Positions 29,189 to 39,081 of a stretch of DNA of 64,000 nucleotides are shown one piece after another (the stretch's first letter is position 1; every line of letters starts with the position of its first letter). Source of the stretch: Myxococcota bacterium (GTDB taxonomy: Bacteria; Myxococcota_A; UBA796; CAJQPC01); the NCBI GenBank assembly GCA_036229005.1, contig JAZAMN010000016.1, positions 1 to 64,000 of the forward strand. The letters run 5' to 3'. The notes under the pieces are model-generated. The model searched no databases, was not told where the DNA came from, and was given only the letters and a program-made list of their open reading frames with translations. The position numbers were made by a program, and so were the translations under genes.

Positions 29189-30199
29189 TTGATCCCAGGA
29201 CTCCTTGTGCTTCTGCTGCTCCCTCTGCTCCCTCTGCTGGCCTGCTCAGGCGGCCCTGGGCCTGGAACGGAGTCCGGCCCACCGCCGGGCAGCCTGTCCC
29301 CGCCGGGCCCTGAGAGCAGCGACTCCGCAAGCGAGGACACCGGCGCGCAGAGCGACCAGGCGGCCGCGCGCACCACGGCGCCCCCCAGCGCGGAGCCTCC
29401 CAGCGCCGAGCTCCCCGTGGAGGACTGCAGCGACGGCGCTGACAACGACGGCGATGGCTTTGTCGACTGCGCGGACCCGGACTGCTTGTCCGCATGCACC
29501 GAGTCCGACTGCAGCGACGGCCTGGACGACGATCGGGACGGCCTGGTGGACTGTGAGGACGCCGACTGCCTGGCGCTCTGCGTGGAGGGGCACTGCAGCG
29601 ACGGCCTGGACGGCGAAGGCGACGGCTACACCGACTGCGAGGACGAGGACTGCTGGGGCACCCCCGGATGCGAGGTGATCGCGCTGCAGGTGAACACGGG
29701 CAGCGGCCAGCTCTACGGCCAGCGGCGTTGGTCCGGAGGCACCGGCAGCGGTCCGGGCTACACCACGATCCAGTCGGGGGTCAAGCTCAGCGGCATGAGC
29801 GGATCGGTGAGCATCCACAACACCAGCAGCACGGTGGACTGTGACTGGAGCGCGCAGCAGGCGCTGTTCTGGCGCACGAGCGACTGGAGCCGCGGCTCCA
29901 GCCAGGGAAACTGGTTCCACGGGCTGAACACCTCTGGTGCGTGCGGCGGCTTGCTGAGCTCCCACATGCTCAGGGACCTGGACTGGAGGCTGCAGACCAG
30001 CGCCGCGGGGCTCCAGGTCACCGGCGGACTCTGGAACCAGAGCTGGCTGCTCGGCAGCTTCTCGTCGCGCAGCAGCAGCAGCTACTACATCCCAAGGGGC
30101 TACCTGGGCTGGGGGTCGATCCTTCCGGCGAGGTCCGGGCAGAGCTGGGGAGGCGGCTTCACCCTCACACCGGGGGCGACGCTGGTGGTGGAGGACTGA
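29189..30199 (+). CDS. Lipoprotein with three Cys/Asp metal-binding-like repeats
   Basis: LLAC lipobox; CSDG.D.D.DG..DC.D.DC x3. Confidence 0.8.
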   Translation: MIPGLLVLLLLPLLPLLACSGGPGPGTESGPPPGSLSPPGPESSDSASEDTGAQSDQAAARTTAPPSAEPPSAELPVEDCSDGADNDGDGFVDCADPDCLSACTESDCSDGLDDDRDGLVDCEDADCLALCVEGHCSDGLDGEGDGYTDCEDEDCWGTPGCEVIALQVNTGSGQLYGQRRWSGGTGSGPGYTTIQSGVKLSGMSGSVSIHNTSSTVDCDWSAQQALFWRTSDWSRGSSQGNWFHGLNTSGACGGLLSSHMLRDLDWRLQTSAAGLQVTGGLWNQSWLLGSFSSRSSSSYYIPRGYLGWGSILPARSGQSWGGGFTLTPGATLVVED

Positions 30200-30217
30200 G
30201 GGCGGCCAAACGGACCA

Positions 30218-30670
30218 TCAGGGCCGACTCAGCGGCTTCTCCAGCACGACCCGCACCCCCTTTGGGGGGAGCGCGGTGAGGCCCACGATCTGAAAGCCGC
30301 ACCCCAGGTTCAGCATCAACATGGCGGTGTTGGTGTTCGCCGTGTGGGTGCGGATCCGGGTGTAGCCAGCTTCAAGGCAGCGGTCGTGCTGCAGAGCGGC
30401 CAGCGCGCGCCCGATACCGCGCCGCCGAAACTCGGGGTCGACCCCGCCAAGCCAGCTATAGAAGCGCCCGGGGCGGTCCACGTAGCCGAGCTTGAAGCCC
30501 ACCAGCCGGCTCTGTTCCCAGGCCAGCACACCAAAGACGCCCGTGTACAGGGCCAAGCGAGCGCTCAGCTCCAGAGGAGCGGCGCCGGGAAAGAGCCGCG
30601 GGTAGAGGGCCACGATCGCAGCGGCCGTCTCGGCAGAGGGCACCCCCACAGAGGAGGTGTAGCGGGGCAC
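30218..30670 (-). CDS. GNAT acetyltransferase
   Basis: GFKLGY, YSWLGGVDPEFRRRGIGRAL, MLMLNL..GF. Confidence 0.88.
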   Translation of the reverse strand: MPRYTSSVGVPSAETAAAIVALYPRLFPGAAPLELSARLALYTGVFGVLAWEQSRLVGFKLGYVDRPGRFYSWLGGVDPEFRRRGIGRALAALQHDRCLEAGYTRIRTHTANTNTAMLMLNLGCGFQIVGLTALPPKGVRVVLEKPLSRP

Positions 30671-30672
30671 GC

Positions 30673-31218
30673 TCAGGCCTCCTGAGCCAGCTTGGCCCAC
30701 TTCTTGGCCTTCTTGAGGTAGCGGGTGCGCTTGAGGCGGCTGACCTTGTCCAGCAGGATGACCCCGTTGAGGTGGTCCATCTCGTGCTGCACGATGATGG
30801 CGGGGTAGTCGCGGAAGGTGTCGATGTGCTCGTTGCCCAGGGTGTCGAAGTAGCGCACCTTGACCACGCGCGGACGCTCCAGGAACTCCCAGAACTCGGG
30901 CACGCTCAGGCAACCCTCCTCCCAGGTGAACAGCTCCTTGGAGCTCTCCAGGATCTCCGGGTTGCACATGAAGCGCAGGTCCTTGCCCTTCTCGCGCTTG
31001 CCGTCGTCGTCCCGGTCTTCGGTCACATCGCAGCAGAGAATGCGGCGCAGATCGCCTACCTGGGGACCGGCCAGCCCCACGCCGGGGGCCGCGTACATGG
31101 TCTCGGCCATGTCCTGCAGGCGCTTGTGCAGCTCGGGGCCGAACTCGTCGTCCCGCACGGGGCGGGCCTTCTGGGTCAGCAGGGGGTGCGGGGCGGTGAG
31201 GATGGGGAGGACGGCCAT
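30673..31218 (-). CDS. def: Peptide deformylase
   Basis: GVGLAGPQVG, EGCLS, QHEMDH. Confidence 0.97.
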   Translation of the reverse strand: MAVLPILTAPHPLLTQKARPVRDDEFGPELHKRLQDMAETMYAAPGVGLAGPQVGDLRRILCCDVTEDRDDDGKREKGKDLRFMCNPEILESSKELFTWEEGCLSVPEFWEFLERPRVVKVRYFDTLGNEHIDTFRDYPAIIVQHEMDHLNGVILLDKVSRLKRTRYLKKAKKWAKLAQEA

Positions 31219-31277
31219 GTTCCGGGCTCCGGCGAGGGGGCAGATCCCCCTAACCGGCGCTGCCCCGGCGTGACGCC

Positions 31278-32795
31278 TCAGGTGGCCTGGGCCAGGATGC
31301 CAGCGGCCCGGTGGGCCAGGCCGTAGATGGTCTGGCTGGGGTTGACCCCCAAGGCGGTGGGCAGCACGGAGCCGTCCACCACCCACAGCCCGTCCTGACC
31401 GCGCACCCGGTGGTCGGTGTCCACGACGCTGGTCTCCGGGTCCGCGCCCATCGCGCAGCCGCCCATCTGGTGGGCGGAGAAGATGGCGTGCTCCAGGGCG
31501 CCATAGGGGGCGGCCTCCAGCTTGGGGAGGTCGGCCTCGGAGCGGAGCTCCACGGGCTGCATGTGCAGGCTGATGACCTGCTCGGCGCCGGCGGCCAGGT
31601 GCACGCGGGCCATCGCCAGGGTGCTGGCCCGGAAGCTCTCGACCAGCGCGGGACCGATGGGGTAGTGCAGCTTGGGCTGTCCGTTTGGCAGCAGCCTGAC
31701 CTCGCCGCCGGGCACGGTGTCGTGGAGTCCGTCCACCGACAGAGCCAGAGTGGTGGAGAGGTGGGGGAGCTGGGCCATCAAGTCCCTCACCTGCCCCCCG
31801 AACGCGGTCATCGCGCTGGCGATGAGCATGGGCTGCATGGGCGGGGTCTCCAGGAAGAAGCCGACCTGCTCGCCGCGCTCGATGAAGTGGTGGCTGCCGA
31901 TGGACTGGGGGGCGCCGGCCCAGCCGTCGATGCGCTCGGGGTAGCGCCCGGCCAGGCCGACCACGGGGTGGAGCATGGTGCGCTTGCCGACCTGCCCGCC
32001 GGGGTTGATCTCAGAACGGAGGAGGAGGGCGGGGCTGTTGATGGCTCCACCGGCGACCACAACACTCGGGGCCTGGATCTGGAGCTCCACCCCGGAAGGG
32101 CGCCCCGTGGCCCGGTCGAGGACCTGCGTGTTGACCCGCCAGCCGCCGCCCTGACGCTCCAGGGTCCAGGCGCGGCAGTCGGTGTAGACGCGGGCCCCGA
32201 GCTGGACGGCGCGACGCAGGGTGCTGTTGGGGGCGGACATCTTGGCCCCGAAGGCGCAGCCCAGGCCGCAGTAGCCGGAGTTGACGCAGCCGCGGACGTT
32301 GCGGCGCAGGGTCTTGGACTCCCAGCCCAGCGCCTCGAGGCCGCGGTGGAGCACAGCGTTGTTGGGGTTGATGGCCCCCAGCGGCCAGTCGCTGATGTTG
32401 AGGGCCTGCTCGACGGCCTCCCAGTGAGGGTCCAGGTCGCCGAGCTCGATGCCGAATTGGGCGCGCCAGTGCTCCAGGATGCGGTCGGGGGTGCGGAAGC
32501 AGGTGGTCCAGTTGATGGTGGTGCCGCCGCCGTAGGATCGGCCTTGAAGCACGGCGATCGCCGCGTCGGCCGTGGCCCGCGTCATGCGCTCCTGGTAGAG
32601 CATCGGGTAGTTGCGGGACTCCTCCAGGGGGACCAGGTCTTCGGTGGGGTGGTAGCCGCCAGCCTCCAGGAGCAGGACGTCCACGCCGCGCTCGGCGAGC
32701 TGCCAGGCCAGCACACTGCCGCCCGCGCCGGTGCCGATGATGACGACCTGGGCGCTGTGTTCGCCGGAGCTGAGCTCGGGTCCCTGGGTGATCAT
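31278..32795 (-). CDS. GMC-family flavin oxidoreductase
   Basis: IIGTGAGG, GGGTTINW, CxxxGxCxxGC, SAHQMGGC.MG, VDGS..PT..GVNP. Confidence 0.95.
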   Translation of the reverse strand: MITQGPELSSGEHSAQVVIIGTGAGGSVLAWQLAERGVDVLLLEAGGYHPTEDLVPLEESRNYPMLYQERMTRATADAAIAVLQGRSYGGGTTINWTTCFRTPDRILEHWRAQFGIELGDLDPHWEAVEQALNISDWPLGAINPNNAVLHRGLEALGWESKTLRRNVRGCVNSGYCGLGCAFGAKMSAPNSTLRRAVQLGARVYTDCRAWTLERQGGGWRVNTQVLDRATGRPSGVELQIQAPSVVVAGGAINSPALLLRSEINPGGQVGKRTMLHPVVGLAGRYPERIDGWAGAPQSIGSHHFIERGEQVGFFLETPPMQPMLIASAMTAFGGQVRDLMAQLPHLSTTLALSVDGLHDTVPGGEVRLLPNGQPKLHYPIGPALVESFRASTLAMARVHLAAGAEQVISLHMQPVELRSEADLPKLEAAPYGALEHAIFSAHQMGGCAMGADPETSVVDTDHRVRGQDGLWVVDGSVLPTALGVNPSQTIYGLAHRAAGILAQAT

Positions 32796-33304
32796 GCGGG
32801 CACCGGGGGGCCGGGGTAGCCGGCGTGGCGCTGGTAGGCGGGGTTGCCGTAGGCGGTGGCGGAGATCAAGGAGTTCAGGCCCTTGTAGACGGTGCGGCGC
32901 AGGGGGATGTTGGAGCGGGACCAGGCGGCCCAGATCTCGACGCGGCGTTCGATGGGCAAGCGCGAGAAGGGGCGCGGGCGGGCATCGAGCAGGGCGCCGA
33001 CGAGGGCGTTCTCCAGCAGGCCCAGGGCCAGGCCGATCTCCTGGCCGTTCTCGGGGGGGAGGGTGGCGAAGAGGGCGTCGAGCTGGGCGGGGACGCCGAC
33101 CTCCAGAGCCGAGGGGAGGGCGTCGGAGGCGGGGCAGACGACCTCGGCCAGGGCGCAGAGGGTGGCGTATTGGGCAGGCGTGAAGCTCTGGAGGGGGCTT
33201 TGGGGCGTGACGCCGCGGCCCGGGAAGAGCGCGAGGCCGCCCAGGGTGAGGGCGATCGTTCCGCCCAGGCCCAGGCCCAGGATGCTGCGGCGGGACAGAG
33301 CCAC
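32792..33304 (-). CDS. Tat-signal partner subunit (gluconate 2-dehydrogenase subunit 3-like)
   Basis: LSRRSILG Tat motif; C-terminal GYPGP; coupled to the GMC gene. Confidence 0.85.
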   Translation of the reverse strand: MALSRRSILGLGLGGTIALTLGGLALFPGRGVTPQSPLQSFTPAQYATLCALAEVVCPASDALPSALEVGVPAQLDALFATLPPENGQEIGLALGLLENALVGALLDARPRPFSRLPIERRVEIWAAWSRSNIPLRRTVYKGLNSLISATAYGNPAYQRHAGYPGPPVPA

Positions 33305-33386
33305 CTTGGTCTCTCCGTTGTGAGCGCTCAGGGTGCCTGATCCGCGGGGTGCTGCCAAGTGGGGCCGGGGGGCTTAGACTTGCGGG

Positions 33387-35555
33387 GTGCGATCCCGCCT
33401 CACCCCATGCACCGACTGCGGCTACGGCCTGCGCGCCGACGCCGACGCCTGCCCCAACTGCGGGCTGGTGCTCAAGACCGAAGAGAGCGGCTCCCTGCTG
33501 GACCGCCTGTGGGGGCGCAAGACCGAGCCTCAGGTGCAGCGCAAGGCGGAGTGCCTGCAGACCCTGGAGGCCCACCTGAACCAGGAGGTCGCCCGGCTGC
33601 AGGAGACCCTGGACCGCCTGGACCAGACCCGCGGACCGCTGCAGGCCCGGCGCATGGAGGCGGCCAGCAAGGGGCGTTCAACGCGCGCTCTGGACGAGGG
33701 CCTGGCGCAGATGGAGCACGCCGCCCAGGAGGCGCGCCTGCTGCTGGAGCGTCACAAGGGACTGCTCGAGGGCATCTCCCTGGACCGGCGCCACAACCGG
33801 CTGCTGCTGGAGATGCACGAGGAGCGGGGGCCTGCCCCCGACCTGCCGCCCCCATCGTCTCTCACCGTGCCCCTGCAGCACATCGCGCCACACCCGGGCA
33901 CCAGCGAGGTCATCGGTCTGAGCGCCGACGGGCGCACGATCTACCGCATCGGCCCGCAGTCCGAGCGCACGCTGGCGCTGCCGGGGATCTCCGGGAAGGC
34001 CCGCCTGCTGGTGCGCGGCGACTGGCTGCTGGTGGCCCAGGGCGACACCCTGCGGGCCCTGCACCTGCCCACCCAGCAGCCCAGCGAGCCTCTGACGCTC
34101 AGCCGCGGGCAGATCGTGGCGATGGATCTGGCCGGCAACACCCTCCTGCTGGGCAGCGACCAGGGCAAGCTCTCGCGCCACGTCCTGCGCCCGGGGGGCA
34201 AGGCCCGCTTCCGCGAGGAGATCGTGGCCCACCCCTTCGGCATGGGCGACGTGGCCCTGCTCGCCGGCGGCAAGCGCGCCCTGAGCTGCGGGGGCGGCTG
34301 GGTCACGGCCTGGTGGGTCACCGACACCGGACTGGTCGAGTTCCACAAGGGCAGCCTGCCCGACGCTCGGCAGCTCCTGGTCGACGAGCCGGGCGGGCGC
34401 GTGGCGGTGCTGGGCAAGGGGCGGGTGAGCTTCTGGGACCTGGGGCTCACGGAGCTGCAGGGGGAGTTGCAGGTCCCGGGGGACGTGGAGCAGATCCAGT
34501 GGGCCCCCGACGGCGTGCGGCTGCTGCTCTTTGGGCCCTCGGGGATCCGCCTGGGCGCCACCCGGGGGCAGGCCGGGCCGCCCTTGAGCCTGCCGGTCTC
34601 GGGGCGGGTTCTGGCCGCGGGCTGCGTGGGCACCGATCTGGTGGTCTGCGCGGGCAATGCGGTGTTCGACACGCTGCAGCTACAGCGCGTGCCTCTGGAG
34701 CAGACCGGCCCCACGGGGGCCTCGCTGGTGGAGATCGCCTCCCTCCAGGCCACCGTCCGCGAGTGTCGCCGCTGGGTGCCCGCCGACGTGGTGGCCCGCG
34801 CCAAGGCCGACCCCGTGCTGCTGGAGCAGGCCCGGAACTTTGTGGCCACCGCCGGGCGGCACAGCATCTCGCGCATCGTACAGCGCGCGGCCGGCGCGGA
34901 GTTGCTGGACCCGGTGGCGCGCATCCAGGCGTTTGAGCTGCTCTTTGGTGAGCTCGAGGACCTGATCGCCGGCCTGCGTCCTGCGGAGGCGCTGGCGGGT
35001 CAGCTTGGCCCGGATCTGCGGCGCCTGCAGCGCCTGCCCACCGCCGTGCTGCTGGGTCAGGTGGACGCGCTGTTGGCCGAGCTGGAGGGCGTGCTGGCCT
35101 GCGAGAGCAGCGAAGAGGCGCTGGACCAGGCGCTGGAGACCCTCTCCGGGCTGGAGCGCTGGCTGGCCGAGCTGGACCGGCTGGCCAAGGGGCTCAAGGG
35201 CAGCCTGGCCTCTGTGGACAACCGCCCACAGCTCGTGGCCAGCATCAATCACCTGGCCCAGGAGCTGCCCGAGGTCGCCGACGTGCTGCACGCCCGCCTG
35301 GCGGCGGTGGTCGTAGGGCGCGTGGACAAGCTGGGCGGCGAGCACGCCCTGGAGAAGCTGCGGGACCAGCGCCGCAAGGTGCAGGGCGTGGGCGGACTGG
35401 GCGCCCAGTCGGAGCTGGAGGACCGCACCGGAGACGGCGCCGTGGACGCCGCCGCCGCCGCCGAGCAGCGCAGCGAGTCCCTGGACCGCCTGGGGCAGGC
35501 GCGACGCGAGCTGGGCGCGGAGACGGAGGCCTTCCTGGAGGTGCAGGGGAGCTGA
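33387..35555 (+). CDS. Zinc ribbon + coiled coil + WD40-like propeller + helical C-terminus protein
   Basis: CTDCG...CPNCG, heptad-rich segment, WD-like strands (VSFWDL, IQWAPDG). Confidence 0.8.
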   Translation: MRSRLTPCTDCGYGLRADADACPNCGLVLKTEESGSLLDRLWGRKTEPQVQRKAECLQTLEAHLNQEVARLQETLDRLDQTRGPLQARRMEAASKGRSTRALDEGLAQMEHAAQEARLLLERHKGLLEGISLDRRHNRLLLEMHEERGPAPDLPPPSSLTVPLQHIAPHPGTSEVIGLSADGRTIYRIGPQSERTLALPGISGKARLLVRGDWLLVAQGDTLRALHLPTQQPSEPLTLSRGQIVAMDLAGNTLLLGSDQGKLSRHVLRPGGKARFREEIVAHPFGMGDVALLAGGKRALSCGGGWVTAWWVTDTGLVEFHKGSLPDARQLLVDEPGGRVAVLGKGRVSFWDLGLTELQGELQVPGDVEQIQWAPDGVRLLLFGPSGIRLGATRGQAGPPLSLPVSGRVLAAGCVGTDLVVCAGNAVFDTLQLQRVPLEQTGPTGASLVEIASLQATVRECRRWVPADVVARAKADPVLLEQARNFVATAGRHSISRIVQRAAGAELLDPVARIQAFELLFGELEDLIAGLRPAEALAGQLGPDLRRLQRLPTAVLLGQVDALLAELEGVLACESSEEALDQALETLSGLERWLAELDRLAKGLKGSLASVDNRPQLVASINHLAQELPEVADVLHARLAAVVVGRVDKLGGEHALEKLRDQRRKVQGVGGLGAQSELEDRTGDGAVDAAAAAEQRSESLDRLGQARRELGAETEAFLEVQGS

Positions 35556-35612
35556 GCCTGCGGGGCTGTCTGGCTGTCGGCTACCGTTCGGCCCGACCAG
35601 CAGGAGAACCCC

Positions 35613-36089
35613 ATGCGCGCCCTCTCTCTCACCCTCCCCTTTGCCCTCCTGGGCCTGATCGCCTGTGACAAGGACGACGCCCTCATCGACGACACCCAGG
35701 TCGAAGCCGACGCCGACGCAGACAGCGACACGGACTCGGACAGCGACTCGGACGCCGACAGCGAATCGGACGCCGACAGCGACCCGGCGCCCACCTGGAG
35801 TGAGGTGGAGCCCATCTTCTCGGCGAGCTGCGGGGGCTACTGCCACGGTACCAGCGGCAGCGGCGGCCTGAGCATCACCGACCGGGCCTCTTTGGTGGGC
35901 GCCGCCAGCTCGGTGGCTGGGTACTCCTACGTCGAGCCCGGCTCGCTGGAGGACAGCTACCTGTGGCACAAGCTGGAGGGCACCCAGAGCACGGTGGGTG
36001 GCAGCGGCGAGCAGATGCCCAAGGGCAGCAGCCTCAGCGCCGCGGACAAGGCCACGCTGCAGGACTGGATCCTGGGCGGCGCCCAATAG
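35613..36089 (+). CDS. c-type cytochrome-like lipoprotein with SD repeats (paralogue A)
   Basis: LIAC lipobox, (D-S/A) repeat linker, SCGGYCHG, QMPKG, DWILGGAQ. Confidence 0.8.
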   Translation: MRALSLTLPFALLGLIACDKDDALIDDTQVEADADADSDTDSDSDSDADSESDADSDPAPTWSEVEPIFSASCGGYCHGTSGSGGLSITDRASLVGAASSVAGYSYVEPGSLEDSYLWHKLEGTQSTVGGSGEQMPKGSSLSAADKATLQDWILGGAQ

Positions 36090-36189
36090 CCCCTGTTTCA
36101 GGGACCTTAAGCGTGAATAAGCCCTTGCAACCTGACAGAGTGAGGGCCCCGCGCTACCCTGCTGGCTGCTTGACCAGCAGGAGAACCCC

Positions 36190-36687
36190 ATGCGCAAGAT
36201 CATGCTTTCCCTCCCCCTCTTGATGGCCGGTGGCCTCATCGCCTGTGACAAGGGCGAAGACTCCGGCATCGACGACACCCAGGTGGAGGCCGACGCCGAC
36301 ACCGACGCGGACTCCGACAGCGACTCCGACTCGGACTCCGACAGCGACTCGGACACCGACGCTGACACCGACGCGGACGCAGACGCCGACCCCGTCCCCA
36401 CCTGGGACGACGTGCAGCCCATCTTCTCGGGCAAGTGTGGTGGTTGCCACGGCACCAGCGGCGGCCTTTCCATCTCGGGCAAGTCCTCCCTGGTGGACGC
36501 GCCCAGCTCCGTGGCTGGCTACGACCAGATCGAGCCCGGCTCCACCGCCGACTCCTACGTGTGGCACAAGCTGCAGGGCACCCAGAGCTCCGTCGGCGGC
36601 AGCGGCGCCGCGATGCCCAAGTCCGGCTCCATGAGCGCCGACGACATGGACACCATCGAGGCTTGGATTCTGGGCGGGGCGCAGTAG
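36190..36687 (+). CDS. c-type cytochrome lipoprotein with SD repeats (paralogue B)
   Basis: LIAC lipobox, DS repeats, CGGCH, AMPKS, AWILGGAQ. Confidence 0.85.
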   Translation: MRKIMLSLPLLMAGGLIACDKGEDSGIDDTQVEADADTDADSDSDSDSDSDSDSDTDADTDADADADPVPTWDDVQPIFSGKCGGCHGTSGGLSISGKSSLVDAPSSVAGYDQIEPGSTADSYVWHKLQGTQSSVGGSGAAMPKSGSMSADDMDTIEAWILGGAQ

Positions 36688-36803
36688 TTCGCAGGGCGAA
36701 GTACTGTATTTTTGTGGGGACAAGGTCCCCACACCCCTGTACGGGGGCGCACGCGCCCCCGGGCTCGGGCCAGGCATGGCCCGGCCGGGATTTGCGGCCG
36801 GCG
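36685..36803. repeat. Multi-hairpin REP-like element related to the 24448-24623 element
   Basis: Hairpins tgtggggac-aag-gtccccaca, gggggcgc/gcgccccc, gggcca/tggccc; starts TAGTTC at a stop codon. Confidence 0.55.
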
Positions 36804-36959
36804 TGATGAGGTGCCGCTGAGAGCGGGCACGCCGGCCGGCAAATCCGAGAGGGGGGCCCAGGAATCGGAGTTCGGTGAAGGCGACGAGAGTAACGCCCGG
36901 CCCGAGGACGGCGGCTCCGTCTCCGTCTAAGTCGGAGACCTGGACGCGCGGGCCAACAG

Positions 36960-37590
36960 ATCCTCACCGAGTTGGTCGAGGAGGATCTCGTGAACTGGTG
37001 CGCCGCGGGCATTCTGGTGATCCACACCCTCGCAGCGCAAGGAGATCGCCGTCTCCATGACCACCTACGTCCACGAAAGGACCGCCGTCGCAGGGATCGA
37101 GGTCGCCGCCCGCGCCGCAGTCGTACCCACAGCGATGGCCTGGCGACCTGGGCAACCTAGTACATTTGGCGACATTCCTCGACCAGGCCGAAGGGACGGA
37201 CCTCTACCTCCATGACCGAGGCCTGCAAATGCGGCGCCGAACCGGGAGCACGAGAGAGCTATCGGGCACGCCTGCGCCGGCCACAAGACGCAGTCCCCCC
37301 TCAGGCCATCCTGACCGCAGTGAACGCAATCCTCACGGAGTCTGGAGCCCAGCCAGCGATGCTGTTCGAGTGGTTCGACGGGCCCTACCTGAACTACGAC
37401 TCCCTGAACCACGTCCCGCTCAACAATGGCTGGCACTCTTGACCGTTGTGAATCCCCAACTCGGGAGTGTTGGGTAGGGGGCGCCTTCCTCGACCTCGAC
37501 GCCTACCTGGACACCGACACCTACCTCGGTATTGGCCCTGAATCCGCGTACGACTACAGAGGCAAGGCGGCGGGTGTTGGAGAGCCAAAA
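36960..37590 (+). pseudogene. Probable degraded gene remnant in lower-GC DNA
   Basis: Short protein-like fragments in different + frames (e.g. 37212-37442), broken by stops and shifts; no intact long ORF. Confidence 0.3.
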
Positions 37591-37591
37591 C

Positions 37592-38191
37592 CTACGCAGC
37601 CGCAGTTCGACCGCGGAGGAAGTGAACAGCCGGGCGGATGTCCTCCAAGTGCTCCTCTTCCTGCTTCTCGGCTGCTTCCCGCAGGATGCGGGTAAGACCG
37701 CGCAGGAGCTGAACAAGCAGGCTCATGCTCTTGGACAACGCCCCGGTCCGCCTCTCCACGAACTCGGCAGCACGCCAGAACGCGTTGTGCTCAAGGACCA
37801 GTTGCCAGAGGCCATCTGCCGTCTCGCGAGCGATGTCGGCGACCTCCTCAGTCCAATCCTCCTGCTCCGCCTTATAGGCCTCGGTGACGGGCGAACGTGG
37901 GGTCTGGCGCGACGGAGCAAGGCTACGTGCCAGTTCCTCGTATCCATCAGATCGTCGCATCACGTGGGTATGGGTCACATAGAGCACCCGAAACGTGGTG
38001 CTCGCTGGGGAAAGGTCCCCACGGTCGGCTGCCTTGAGTAGCGCGAGACGCTGCTCAGCAAAGTGAGCACGGAGCCGCCTGTTGCGGATCTGCCGCTTCA
38101 TGGATCGGATGCGCACCACACTGGCCGCAGACTGGCCAAGCAGAACGAGCCCGCTGAGGATCGACAGAACCAGAATCAGTGTAATGAACAT
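37592..38191 (-). CDS. Hypothetical N-terminally membrane-anchored protein (island)
   Basis: AGGAG RBS; N-terminal TM then helical region; atypical codon usage. Confidence 0.7.
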   Translation of the reverse strand: MFITLILVLSILSGLVLLGQSAASVVRIRSMKRQIRNRRLRAHFAEQRLALLKAADRGDLSPASTTFRVLYVTHTHVMRRSDGYEELARSLAPSRQTPRSPVTEAYKAEQEDWTEEVADIARETADGLWQLVLEHNAFWRAAEFVERRTGALSKSMSLLVQLLRGLTRILREAAEKQEEEHLEDIRPAVHFLRGRTAAA

Positions 38192-38255
38192 TCGGCTGCT
38201 CTCCTATCTGAATGGTACGTAGGCGGCGCGCATTTTGCCTTTCGGACCTCTGTAC

Positions 38256-38717
38256 TCATCCTCCACTCCCCCCCTTGATCTCCTTCAACTTGCGGACTTT
38301 GGCCTCCATGTCGTCACGTGCGGACTGGGCGTCAACATACTCGCCACCGATGCAGAGTCGCTCAATCTCCTCGTCGGAAAAGCCGAGGTTGGACTTAAAA
38401 AAGGCGATTCGATAATCCCTGGCCTCGGCTGCCAGACGCTGAATAGTCTGCTTCTGCTGCTCTCGCTCAGCCTCAGCTGCCTGCCACTCCTTGCGCTTGG
38501 TCCAAGCTCTGAAGGCCCATGGAATGCCGATGAAGAGCAGTGCGGCAAGCAGGCACTTGCCAAAGCCAATGTCAGCGACCGCCTGATTGAGAGCCTCGAT
38601 CAGTCCTGTCAGCGCCTCGATTGTGTCTGAATCAGGCAACGCCCCTCCACTTTCCCCCGTTTGATCCCGACAGGTCATAGCGAGTCCGGGGGATTCCTGC
38701 ATTTCGGTGAATTTCAC
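38256..38717 (-). CDS. Hypothetical single-TM + coiled-coil protein (island; start uncertain)
   Basis: Central TM (CLLAALLFIGIPWAF) then charged helix; lower GC. Confidence 0.6.
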   Translation of the reverse strand: MKFTEMQESPGLAMTCRDQTGESGGALPDSDTIEALTGLIEALNQAVADIGFGKCLLAALLFIGIPWAFRAWTKRKEWQAAEAEREQQKQTIQRLAAEARDYRIAFFKSNLGFSDEEIERLCIGGEYVDAQSARDDMEAKVRKLKEIKGGSGG

Positions 38718-38970
38718 CGTAGCTCCCCACTCCCACTCGATGAGGCAACTCCATACTCAATTCCCGCTCCCAGCAGGGCCGCTCCCTCTAACGCGATGGG
38801 GGGCCAGCTCTTCACCGCCCTGGACCTCGGCAAGGTCAGAGGCATGGCGCAGCATTCGCTGCTCCACTTGTTCGCCGTGCTCTTCCACGACGTGGACCGC
38901 GACCAGCTCAAGGATGGCTTCATCGGCCCCGCCAGCAAACCCGAGGTGGGCGACCGAAGCGTGGCGGTCG

Positions 38971-39021
38971 AGTATCGGGGGACAGGTGACGGCGAACCGG
39001 CGACCGGCGACCGGCGATGAC
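38971..39021 (-). repeat. Inverted copy of the CCGGTCG heptamer repeat family seen at 122-293
   Basis: Reverse complement reads gtcatcgccggtcgccggtcgccggttcgccgtcacctgtcccccgatac. Confidence 0.7.
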
Positions 39022-39081
39022 ATGACTCCAGGGTCGAAGCGGTCGTGCCAGCCGACCTGGGGACGCCCCCCTCACGACGAC

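Noticed and set aside
38786..38960. Short + strand fragment MGGQLFTALDLGKVRG...
   Set aside because: May be a gene remnant, but it is too short and has no recognisable motif to support a call.
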